15,751 nt of DNA, from assembly GCA_043750125.1 (NCBI GenBank), contig JAYVCD010000126.1, positions 1-15,751 of the forward strand, written 5' to 3'. The notes under the pieces were generated by a model. That model worked only from the letters and a program-made list of their open reading frames with translations. It was not told the DNA's origin and searched no databases. Position numbers and translations under genes: made by a program. The stretch is from Archangiaceae bacterium. GTDB lineage: Bacteria > Myxococcota > Myxococcia > Myxococcales > Myxococcaceae. Shown one piece after another: positions 1-7,453 of this stretch (positions are counted from its first letter, which is position 1; the number at the start of each line of letters is the position of its first letter).

Positions 1-381
1 GACGTTTTCGGTCAGCACCGATCGGTTCGTCAGGGCCCGCGTCACCGCGTGGGCCAGCACTTCGGGGGTGATCGGCTTGACCAGGTAGTCAGAGGCTCCG
101 TACTTGATCGCCCGAACTGCCGGGTCGACCTTGTCGAGCGCCGTGATCACCACGACCTCGACCCCGGGGTGCTCCATCTTCACGTACTGCAGCAGCGCCA
201 TTCCGTCGCTCTGGGGAAGAATCAGGTCGGTGACCACCAGGGCGAATTTCTGGCGAAGCAGCGCCTCTCGCGCTTCCGCCGAATTTCCAACTGCTGTCAC
301 CAGGTGACCTGCGCCCGTCAAGAAATCGCCGTAGAGCGCCCGGGCCACCTTCTCATCGTCGACGAGCAGGATGTGCGCCAT
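1..381 (-). CDS. Response regulator, N-terminal receiver domain (runs off the left edge; output domain not visible)
   Basis: Not in the ORF track because there is no stop in the window. Manual translation from ATG at 381: MAHILLVDDEKVARALYGDFLTGAGHLVTAVGNSAEAREALLRQKFALVVTDLILPQSDGMALLQYVKMEHPGVEVVVITALDKVDPAVRAIKYGASDYLVKPITPEVLAHAVTRALTNRSVLTENV. It has the acidic DD pair, the phospho-Asp (VTDLILP), the conserved Thr (VITA) and the KP motif. Confidence 0.92.
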   Translation of the reverse strand, partial: MAHILLVDDEKVARALYGDFLTGAGHLVTAVGNSAEAREALLRQKFALVVTDLILPQSDGMALLQYVKMEHPGVEVVVITALDKVDPAVRAIKYGASDYLVKPITPEVLAHAVTRALTNRSVLTENV

Positions 382-410
382 GCGAGAGCCTCGCTTAGCA
401 TTCCTGAACA

Positions 411-431
411 ACATGAGCGAGACATGAGCGA
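411..431. repeat. 10-bp direct repeat ACATGAGCGA x2 (11-bp period) overlapping the CheW-like start codon
   Basis: ACATGAGCGA at 411-420 and 422-431; the second copy contains the ATG at 424. Confidence 0.6.
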
Positions 432-1182
432 GCGTGCCCGGCGACTTTGTCTGTTGATCGAGGCAGGGCGTTCGCGTTTTGCCGTCCCAGCCACGCGCGT
501 GCTGGAAGTTGCAGTTCCCGACGCGGGCGGGGCGACCTTGCGCGGGCATCACCCCCTCGTCGATCTGTCCGTACTTCTGAGCGGCGGCCCCGAAATGCGC
601 CCGGGGACCGCGGTCTTGCTCGACACCAGCCCGACACTCGCTCTGCGGGTGAGCAGGGTTCGAGGCGTCCACGATGTCTCCGACTGCCCCTGGTTGCGGG
701 TGCCGAAGCGACTGGTTCCCACGCTCGAGCCGGCGGTGCGAGGGCTCATCGAGATCGAAGGAGAGCTGTTCTTCGAGCTCGACGCCGAGGCGCTGGCCAC
801 CGGCGTCCGGGCACCCCCGCAGCTGAAAGTCGTTGATCCTTTTGGGCCGGCGCTTGGCAGGGCGCTGGTCTTCGAGACGGGGGGGCGCCGGCTGGGCCTC
901 CCTCTTGCCTCGGTCGCGCAGGTGGTGAGCCTGGGCCCGAAGTTCTGTTCGCTGGTGGCCCAGACGGCCGCGGTCGGAGTCATCCTCCATCAGCAGCTGG
1001 CCTGGCCGGTGTTCTCAGTGCCCGGTCTGCTCGGCGAGCCGATCGTGCCCGAGCCGCTGGTCGTGCTGACCGACGTAAGAGGGGAAGGGGTGGGCTTCAC
1101 GGCCGCGCGCGCTCTGGGAGTCGTCGAAGGCCCCGGCCTGTTGGGCGTCGTGAGCCTCGAGCTCAAGCGCATGTTTTCTTGA
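424..1182 (+). CDS. Tandem CheW-like domain protein (252 aa)
   Basis: C-terminal part of ORF 49..1182. The true start is likely ATG 424 (MSERARR) because the upstream part is antisense to the response regulator. Two CheW-like repeats: LLIEAGRSRFAVPATRVLEV...LVDLSVLL...LALRVSRVRGV...VRGLIEIEGELFFELD and LVFETGGRRLGLPLASVAQVV...AVGVILHQQLAWPVFSVPGLLG...VGFTAARALGVVE. Confidence 0.8.
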   Translation: MSERARRLCLLIEAGRSRFAVPATRVLEVAVPDAGGATLRGHHPLVDLSVLLSGGPEMRPGTAVLLDTSPTLALRVSRVRGVHDVSDCPWLRVPKRLVPTLEPAVRGLIEIEGELFFELDAEALATGVRAPPQLKVVDPFGPALGRALVFETGGRRLGLPLASVAQVVSLGPKFCSLVAQTAAVGVILHQQLAWPVFSVPGLLGEPIVPEPLVVLTDVRGEGVGFTAARALGVVEGPGLLGVVSLELKRMFS

Positions 1183-1208
1183 GCGAGCCCGATCGCGCCG
1201 CTTAAGCT
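1179..1208 (+). promoter_or_regulatory. Possible sigma70-type promoter for romR
   Basis: TTGAGC (1179-1184), 18-nt spacer, TAAGCT (1203-1208); SD-like AGGAG at 1238-1242 before ATG 1248. Confidence 0.35.
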
Positions 1209-1247
1209 TGTCCGTCTTTTTGCCGCCGCTGTCGCACAGGAGAATCA

Positions 1248-2408
1248 ATGCCCAAGTCAGTACTCGTCGCCGACGATTCGGTCACCATTCGCAAGGTGAT
1301 TGGCCTGATCTTCGCCCACGAAGACTTCACGCTCACCATCGTCGACAACGGGCTCGACGCGATTCGCCGCGCGCGCGAGCTGCGCCCCGATGTGGTGCTC
1401 GCCGACTGCATGATGCCGGGCAAGAACGGGTACGAAGTCGCCGAGGCGCTGAAGAATGATCCGACGACCCAGCACATTCCGGTGCTGTTGCTCGCGGGCA
1501 CCTTCGAGCCCTTCGATGAGAATCGCGCCCGCTCTGTTCGCGCCGATGGACACGTGGTCAAGCCCTTCGAGAGTCAGGCTTTTCTCGACAAGGTCAAAGC
1601 GCTCGTCGGAATGCCCGCCGGGATTCCGGTGATGACCGGCTACACCCCGGTGTCGACCGGTTCGCTGCTCAACGTTGCCAAGCCTTCGACCGCGGCTCCC
1701 TCGGCCCCGATGGGAAACAACCCACGCCCGATGCCGGGCCCCGCGGGGATGCCCGGGCAGCAGCCGGGGTTGCCGTCCCGTCCGCCGGCCGGAATTCCGC
1801 TGGGCACTGTTCCCAACCTGCGCGGGCCGGGGATGGCCGGGCTGCCTCCCGCGCCCCAGATGCCGATGGGCCGACCGCCGCCTCCGCAGGGCATGCCGAT
1901 GAACCGCCCGCCGGTCGGGAACCCGATGCAGCAGCAACAGCGGCCCCCGGGTCAAATGATGGCCCCTCAGCCCGGAATGCACCCCCAGGGAATGCCGATG
2001 GCGCGCCCGCCTGGCCCCGGAATGCAGGGACAGCCTCAACAGGGTTTCCCGCGGCCTCCGGGAGGCGCTCCGATGCCGGGCGTCGCTCCGCCGCGGCGAG
2101 ATCCCTTCGGGTTGGGTGGGCCGGGCATGGCCCCGCAGCCGATGCACCCGCAGCCGGGCCAACCGCAGTTCCGTCCGCCTCCGCCGCAACAGCAACAGCC
2201 GCAGTACCGGCAGCCGCCGCCTCCAGCCCAGCCCCAGCACAATCCACTGTCGCTCGATGGTGGGGAAGCGGCGCTGCGCAACGCGCTGAGCCAGGCTTCG
2301 CGGGAAGTGATCGAGAGAATCGCGTGGGAAGTGGTGCCCCAGCTTGCTGAGACCATCATCCGGCAGGAGCTCGAGCGCTTGATAAAAGATCGCGAAGCCA
2401 AAAACTGA
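1248..2408 (+). CDS. romR: RomR-like polarity response regulator (receiver, Pro-rich linker, C-terminal helical RomR domain)
   Basis: Receiver with D9/D10, D53 and K105; ~215-aa Pro/Gly/Gln/Met linker; C-terminal GGEAALRNALSQASREVIERIAWEVVPQLAETIIRQELERL characteristic of myxobacterial RomR; located upstream of valS as in Myxococcus. Confidence 0.9.
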   Translation: MPKSVLVADDSVTIRKVIGLIFAHEDFTLTIVDNGLDAIRRARELRPDVVLADCMMPGKNGYEVAEALKNDPTTQHIPVLLLAGTFEPFDENRARSVRADGHVVKPFESQAFLDKVKALVGMPAGIPVMTGYTPVSTGSLLNVAKPSTAAPSAPMGNNPRPMPGPAGMPGQQPGLPSRPPAGIPLGTVPNLRGPGMAGLPPAPQMPMGRPPPPQGMPMNRPPVGNPMQQQQRPPGQMMAPQPGMHPQGMPMARPPGPGMQGQPQQGFPRPPGGAPMPGVAPPRRDPFGLGGPGMAPQPMHPQPGQPQFRPPPPQQQQPQYRQPPPPAQPQHNPLSLDGGEAALRNALSQASREVIERIAWEVVPQLAETIIRQELERLIKDREAKN

Positions 2409-2422
2409 GCCAAGAAGGGGTG

Positions 2423-5400
2423 ATGGCTGAGAACGAACCCCAGAAAACGCCGTACGTTCCCTACAACCCGACCGCGGTTGAGCAGCGGTGGTACCCGTTT
2501 TGGCTGGAACGCGGATACTTCAAGGGCGATCCGCACTCGACCAAACCGGCGTTTTCGATCGTCCTTCCTCCTCCGAACGTCACCGGCAGCCTTCATCTGG
2601 GCCACGCGCTCACCGCGACGATTCAGGACATCTTGTGCCGCTGGAAGCGGATGAGCGGCTTCAACGTCCTCTGGCTGCCCGGCACGGATCACGCGGGCAT
2701 CGCGACTCAGATGGTGGTCGAAAAAGCGATCAAGGCGACCGAGAAGAAGACCCGCCACGAGCTGGGACGGGAAGAGTTTCTCAAGCGCGTCTGGGACTGG
2801 AAAGAAAAGTACGGGAAGCGCATCGGGGAACAACACCAGGTGCTCGGCGCCTCTCTCGACTGGAGCCGCGAGCGCTTCACGATGGACGAAGGTCTTTCGG
2901 TGGCGGTGCGCGAAGTCTTCGTGCGCCTGTACGAAGAGGGGTTGATCTACCGCGCGGCGAAGCTCATCAACTGGTGTCCTTCGTGTTTGACCGCGTTGTC
3001 GGACCTCGAAGTGGAGCACGAAGAACGAGAGGGCACGCTCTGGTCGATCGCGTACCCGGTGAAGGGCAGCGACGAGAAGCTGGTCGTGGCCACCACCCGG
3101 CCTGAGACCCTTCTCGGAGACACCGCGGTCGCGATTCACCCCGCTGACCCGCGCTTCATGCAACTGCATGGCAAGACCGCCCTGCTGCCTCTGACCGGGC
3201 GCGAGATTCCGATCATCCTCGACGCCGAGCTGGTCGACATGAAGCTCGGAACGGGGGCGGTGAAGGTGACGCCCGCGCACGATCCGAACGACTACCAGAC
3301 GGGCCTTCGCCACAAGCTGCCGATGATCTCGATCTTCGATGAGCGCGGCGTGGTGAATGAGAACGGCGGTTCGTACCAGGGGCTCGATCGCTTCGCTGCG
3401 CGCAAGCAGGTGCTGCTGGACCTCACCGAGCAGGGACTGTTGATCGAAGAGAAGAAGCACGCCCTGTCGATCGGCACCTGCCAGCGCTGCGCGACCGTGG
3501 TCGAGCCGCGACTGTCGCCGCAGTGGTTCGTGAAGGTCGAGCCGCTTGCGAAGGAAGCGATCGCTGCGGTCGAAGACGGTCGCACCCGGTTCGTCCCCGA
3601 GAATTGGACGAACACCTACATGTCCTGGATGAAGAACATCCACGACTGGTGCATCAGCCGCCAGCTGTGGTGGGGCCATCAGATTCCCGCCTGGTACCCG
3701 GCGTCGGGTCCCCGGCTGCCCAACGGCGAGCTCGATTTCGGAAGGGGCCAACCGGTCGTCGCCCGAAGCAACCCCGGCGTCACGGCGGACAATCCCAAAG
3801 GCGAATGGATTCAGGATCCCGACGTCCTCGACACCTGGTTCAGCTCGGGGCTGTGGCCGTTCTCGACGCTCGGCTGGCCAGAGAACACTCCGGCTCTGAA
3901 GACCTGGTACCCGACCTCGGTGATGGAAACGGGCCACGACATCATCTTCTTCTGGGTCGCCCGGATGATGATGATGGGTCTGCACTTCATGAAAGACGTG
4001 CCTTTCAAGGTCGTCTACCTGCACGCGATGGTGCGGGACGAGAAGGGCGAGAAGATGTCGAAGACGAAGGGGAACGTGATTGATCCTCTTGACGTGATCC
4101 GCGGGTGTCCCCCGGAATCGCTGCAGCCGGCCCTGCGAAACAAGTATCCGAAAGGGTTGGAGCCCAGCGGAGCCGACGCGCTTCGCTTCACGCTGGCCTC
4201 GCTCACCGCGCAGGGGCGGGACATCAAGCTCTCGCTCGAGCGGGTCGAGGGCTACAAGGCGTTCTCGAACAAGATCTGGAACGCCTCGCGCTTCGCGATG
4301 ATGCGGGTCGGCGACGACTTCAAGGCCGACGATCTGTTCATCAAAGATCGAAAGTTGTCTCTGGCCGACCGGTGGATCCTCTCGCGACTGAACAAGGCGG
4401 TGTCTGGAACCCAGGCCGCGTTGCTGGCCTACCAGTTCGGCGAAGCGGCCTCGACGCTGTACCAATTCCTGTGGCGCGAGTTCTGCGATTGGTACATCGA
4501 GCTGTCGAAGGGCGCGCTCGAAGGCGAGAACGCCGAAGTGAAGGACTCGACGCGCGCAGTGCTGGTCTTCTGCCTCGATCAGATTCTTCGCCTGCTGCAC
4601 CCGTTCATGCCGTTCATCACCGAAGAGCTCTGGCAGACCCTGCCGATCACCCGTCCGACCGAGTCGATTTCGATTTCTCCCTACCCCGAGGTGAACGTTC
4701 GCCTCGACGACCCGGTGGCTGAAGCCGAGATGAGTCCAGTCATTACGGCGATCGAAGGGTTGCGCACCATTCGCGGGGAAAGCGGGCTCAACCGAAATGT
4801 GAAAATCGACGCCCACATTCAGAGCTCCAGCGCGCAGACCCGCGAGCTGCTCGTGAAGTGGAAGGCGTATCTGACGCCCCTGGCCGGCCTGGCGTCGTTG
4901 AGCGTGACTGGGCCCGGCCCCAAACCCCCGCAGTCTGCCGCGGAGATCAACGCGCAGATGGAGATCTACGTGCCCCTGGCTGGAATCATCGACCTCGCCG
5001 AGGAACGCGGGCGGTTGCAAAAGGAAATTGGACGCGTCGAGAACGAGCTCATTGGCTTGAAGCGGAAGCTCGACAATGCCGGGTTCGTCGCGCGTGCTCC
5101 GCCTGAGGTGGTCGAGAAGGATCGCGCCCGCGTTGCCGAGCTCAGCGAGCGCATCGTCAAGATCAACGAGAACCTCAAACGGATCGCGCCGATCGAGTTG
5201 AAGATTGCCGAGCCGTCCGAGGGTCTCGTCGATCTCGCCGAAGAGCTGAAGGATGAGCTCGCCAGCATCTCGTTGCCCCTTCCGGATCGCCAGGTGACCG
5301 AGGCGCTCGATCGTCTGCGAGAGGGCACGGCCCAGGGGCTCACGTCGCGCGACCGCACCGATCTGGGCGTAGCCTACATGAACATGGGACTCGTCGACGA

Positions 5401-5623
5401 CGCGGTGCGCGAGTTCAGCAAGGCCAAAGAGTCGGAAAAGGAAGAAGCATCCGCATCTGGGAAGTCCGGAACCGCTCGGAAAACGAAGAGCGTCATGAGG
5501 CTCAAGCCCGTGTCGAAGAACGTGGCCTCGAAGAAGGCGGCTCCGAAGAAGGCGGCTCCGAAAAAGGCGGCTCCGAAAAAGGGCTTCACGAAGTCGCGGA
5601 AGGAGAAGTCGCGTGCCCGCTGA
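2423..5623 (+). CDS. valS: Valine--tRNA ligase with C-terminal extension
   Basis: PPPNVTGSLHLGHA (HIGH motif), GTDHAGIATQ, ATTRPET editing motif, DWCISRQLWWGH, DVLDTWFSS, KMSKT, GADALRF, and the C-terminal coiled coil (KLDNAGFVARAPPEVVEKDR). Start is either GTG 2420 or ATG 2423. Confidence 0.98.
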   Translation: MAENEPQKTPYVPYNPTAVEQRWYPFWLERGYFKGDPHSTKPAFSIVLPPPNVTGSLHLGHALTATIQDILCRWKRMSGFNVLWLPGTDHAGIATQMVVEKAIKATEKKTRHELGREEFLKRVWDWKEKYGKRIGEQHQVLGASLDWSRERFTMDEGLSVAVREVFVRLYEEGLIYRAAKLINWCPSCLTALSDLEVEHEEREGTLWSIAYPVKGSDEKLVVATTRPETLLGDTAVAIHPADPRFMQLHGKTALLPLTGREIPIILDAELVDMKLGTGAVKVTPAHDPNDYQTGLRHKLPMISIFDERGVVNENGGSYQGLDRFAARKQVLLDLTEQGLLIEEKKHALSIGTCQRCATVVEPRLSPQWFVKVEPLAKEAIAAVEDGRTRFVPENWTNTYMSWMKNIHDWCISRQLWWGHQIPAWYPASGPRLPNGELDFGRGQPVVARSNPGVTADNPKGEWIQDPDVLDTWFSSGLWPFSTLGWPENTPALKTWYPTSVMETGHDIIFFWVARMMMMGLHFMKDVPFKVVYLHAMVRDEKGEKMSKTKGNVIDPLDVIRGCPPESLQPALRNKYPKGLEPSGADALRFTLASLTAQGRDIKLSLERVEGYKAFSNKIWNASRFAMMRVGDDFKADDLFIKDRKLSLADRWILSRLNKAVSGTQAALLAYQFGEAASTLYQFLWREFCDWYIELSKGALEGENAEVKDSTRAVLVFCLDQILRLLHPFMPFITEELWQTLPITRPTESISISPYPEVNVRLDDPVAEAEMSPVITAIEGLRTIRGESGLNRNVKIDAHIQSSSAQTRELLVKWKAYLTPLAGLASLSVTGPGPKPPQSAAEINAQMEIYVPLAGIIDLAEERGRLQKEIGRVENELIGLKRKLDNAGFVARAPPEVVEKDRARVAELSERIVKINENLKRIAPIELKIAEPSEGLVDLAEELKDELASISLPLPDRQVTEALDRLREGTAQGLTSRDRTDLGVAYMNMGLVDDAVREFSKAKESEKEEASASGKSGTARKTKSVMRLKPVSKNVASKKAAPKKAAPKKAAPKKGFTKSRKEKSRAR
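5531..5582 (+). repeat. 15-bp coding tandem repeat (AAGAAGGCGGCTCCG, ~3.4 copies) encoding KKAAP
   Basis: aagaaggcggctccg aagaaggcggctccg aaaaaggcggctccg aaaaagg in the valS tail. Confidence 0.9.
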
Positions 5624-6479
5624 TTCGTATCTAGACCGCCTGATCGACCTGGCTCTCGACGAGGATCTGAGCGCCGCGGGGGACGTAACCACCGTGGCCC
5701 TCGTCACCCCCGAGGTGCAAGGGCGCGGGGAGCTGTGGGCCAAAGAAGAAATGGTCCTCTCGGGGCTCGCCGCCTTCGCGCGGGTCTTCGAGCGGTTTGA
5801 CCCCACGGTACGCCTCGAGCTCGAGGCCGCCGACGGAGAGTCGACGGGCAAGCTGCAGCGGGTTGGAAGACTGGAAGGCCCCCTTCGATCGCTTCTCATC
5901 TGCGAACGGACCGCGCTGAACATCGTTCAACGCACCAGCGGAATCGCAACGATGGCCGCGCGCGCCGCAGCAGTGGTCGAAGGCACCGATTTGAAAATCC
6001 TCGACACCCGCAAGACTTCGCCCGGGATGCGGGCACTCTCCAAGATGGCAGTGCGCGACGGGGGCTGTACCAACCACCGTTTTGGACTGTTCGATGGGGT
6101 GCTGATCAAGGACAACCACATCGCGGCGGTCGGCGGCTCGGTCAAAGAAGCAATGCGCCGAGCGCGCGCGAATGCTCCCCGGCTGTTGAAGATCGAAATC
6201 GAAGTCAGCTCGCTGTCTCAGCTGGAAGACGCGATCGTCGAAGGCGCCGACATCGTGATGCTGGACAACTTCACCGACGCGCAGATCGTCGAAGCGGTCA
6301 AAAAGACGAAGGGCAGGGTGGAGCTCGAAGTCTCGGGTGGCATCACGCTCGAACGGCTTCCCACCCTCGCAAAGATGGGCGTCGACTTCGTCTCGATGGG
6401 AGCACTCACCCACTCGGCGCGCGCAATGGATCTTTCCCTCGAGCTCATGACCCAGAAGAGCAATCGCAAAGCGCGCTGA
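5613..6479 (+). CDS. nadC: Nicotinate-nucleotide diphosphorylase (carboxylating), quinolinate phosphoribosyltransferase
   Basis: ALDED..GDVTT, ERTALN, SGIAT, DTRKT, HRFGLFDGVLIKDNH, IEIEV, IVMLDN, EVSGG, GALTHS; AAGGAG SD before GTG; 11-nt overlap with the valS end. Confidence 0.97.
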   Translation: MPADSYLDRLIDLALDEDLSAAGDVTTVALVTPEVQGRGELWAKEEMVLSGLAAFARVFERFDPTVRLELEAADGESTGKLQRVGRLEGPLRSLLICERTALNIVQRTSGIATMAARAAAVVEGTDLKILDTRKTSPGMRALSKMAVRDGGCTNHRFGLFDGVLIKDNHIAAVGGSVKEAMRRARANAPRLLKIEIEVSSLSQLEDAIVEGADIVMLDNFTDAQIVEAVKKTKGRVELEVSGGITLERLPTLAKMGVDFVSMGALTHSARAMDLSLELMTQKSNRKAR

Positions 6480-6484
6480 GGCCG

Positions 6485-7447
6485 TCAGCCGTTGAAGGCG
6501 TCCAACTCCTTCGCTGCGCCGAAGTTCTCCACGTACCGGCGCGCGAATTCGCCGCGCGTGTAGCGGTGCTCCTGGCAACCCTTGGTCTCCACCGACCAGG
6601 CCGCCGCAAGCGACGCAACCCGCCCCGCGATTCCCAACGGCCACCCGCGCGAAAGGCCCAACGCCATGGCTCCGATGAACGCGTCTCCGGCTCCTGTGGG
6701 GTCCACCACCGCGGAGATCTTCGCCACCGGAATCTCGTGGGTCTTCACGCCCTTTTCGTAAATCTGCGACCCCTCTCCGCCGCGGGTCATCACGGTGATC
6801 GGCACCTTTGCAATCAACGCCGCCTCGGTCAGGTCGGTCGCCTTGGCCATCATTCCGAACTCGTAATCATTGCCAACCAGCACCGACGCGCCGTCGAGCC
6901 CACTGAGGATCTGCGCCTTGTCGAGCCGAGGTACCTGCTTGCCCGGATCAAAGATGTACTTGGCGCCCAGCTGCTTGCACTCGTTGGTGTGCTTGGCCAT
7001 CGACTCGGGGTCGGTGGGCGAGATGATGACCCAGTCGTCCTTCTTCAGGCCCATCGACTGCAATGAGACCTCTTTCGCGTGTCCCACTGCGCCCGGGTAG
7101 AAGGCGACAATCTGGTTGTTCACCATGTCGGTATTGATGAAGCACGACGCGGTGAATTCGTTGGGCACTTCCTTGATGCCCGAGGCGTCGATGCCCGACG
7201 ATTCCATGAACTTGCGGTACTCGCCGAAGTCCTGGCCCGCAGCCGAGATCACCAACGGACGCTCGCCCAGCAAGGCCAGGGTGTACGCGATGTTTCCTGC
7301 AACGCCCCCGCGCATCTTCTTCATCGAGTCGACGAGGAAACTGACGGTGAGGGTGTGGACCTTGTCCGGAAGGATGTGGTCCGAGAACTTCCCGGGGAAG
7401 TTCATGATGTAGTCGTAAGCGAGCGAGCCGGTCACAATGATGCGCAT
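6485..7447 (-). CDS. PfkB-family carbohydrate/nucleoside kinase (adenosine kinase-like)
   Basis: N-terminal TGSLAYD...GGVAGNIAY, NDYE, and C-terminal DPTGAGDAF ribokinase-family signature. The FPGKFSDHILPD/VSFLVD segment resembles the bacterial adenosine/nucleoside kinase subgroup. Confidence 0.85.
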   Translation of the reverse strand: MRIIVTGSLAYDYIMNFPGKFSDHILPDKVHTLTVSFLVDSMKKMRGGVAGNIAYTLALLGERPLVISAAGQDFGEYRKFMESSGIDASGIKEVPNEFTASCFINTDMVNNQIVAFYPGAVGHAKEVSLQSMGLKKDDWVIISPTDPESMAKHTNECKQLGAKYIFDPGKQVPRLDKAQILSGLDGASVLVGNDYEFGMMAKATDLTEAALIAKVPITVMTRGGEGSQIYEKGVKTHEIPVAKISAVVDPTGAGDAFIGAMALGLSRGWPLGIAGRVASLAAAWSVETKGCQEHRYTRGEFARRYVENFGAAKELDAFNG

Positions 7448-7453
7448 GGGGCG

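Noticed and set aside
49-423. N-terminal 125 aa of ORF 49..1182
   Set aside because: Antisense to the clear response regulator at 1..381; CheW-like sequence starts at ATG 424.
4064-4078. KMSKT instead of KMSKS in ValRS
   Set aside because: Common natural variant; not evidence of altered function.
5531-5582. CRISPR-like repeat
   Set aside because: Contiguous in-frame coding repeats without spacers; no cas genes in the window.
2036-5923. 1295-aa minus-strand ORF
   Set aside because: Antisense shadow of romR/valS/nadC; no recognisable motifs. Long antisense ORFs are expected with high-GC codon bias.
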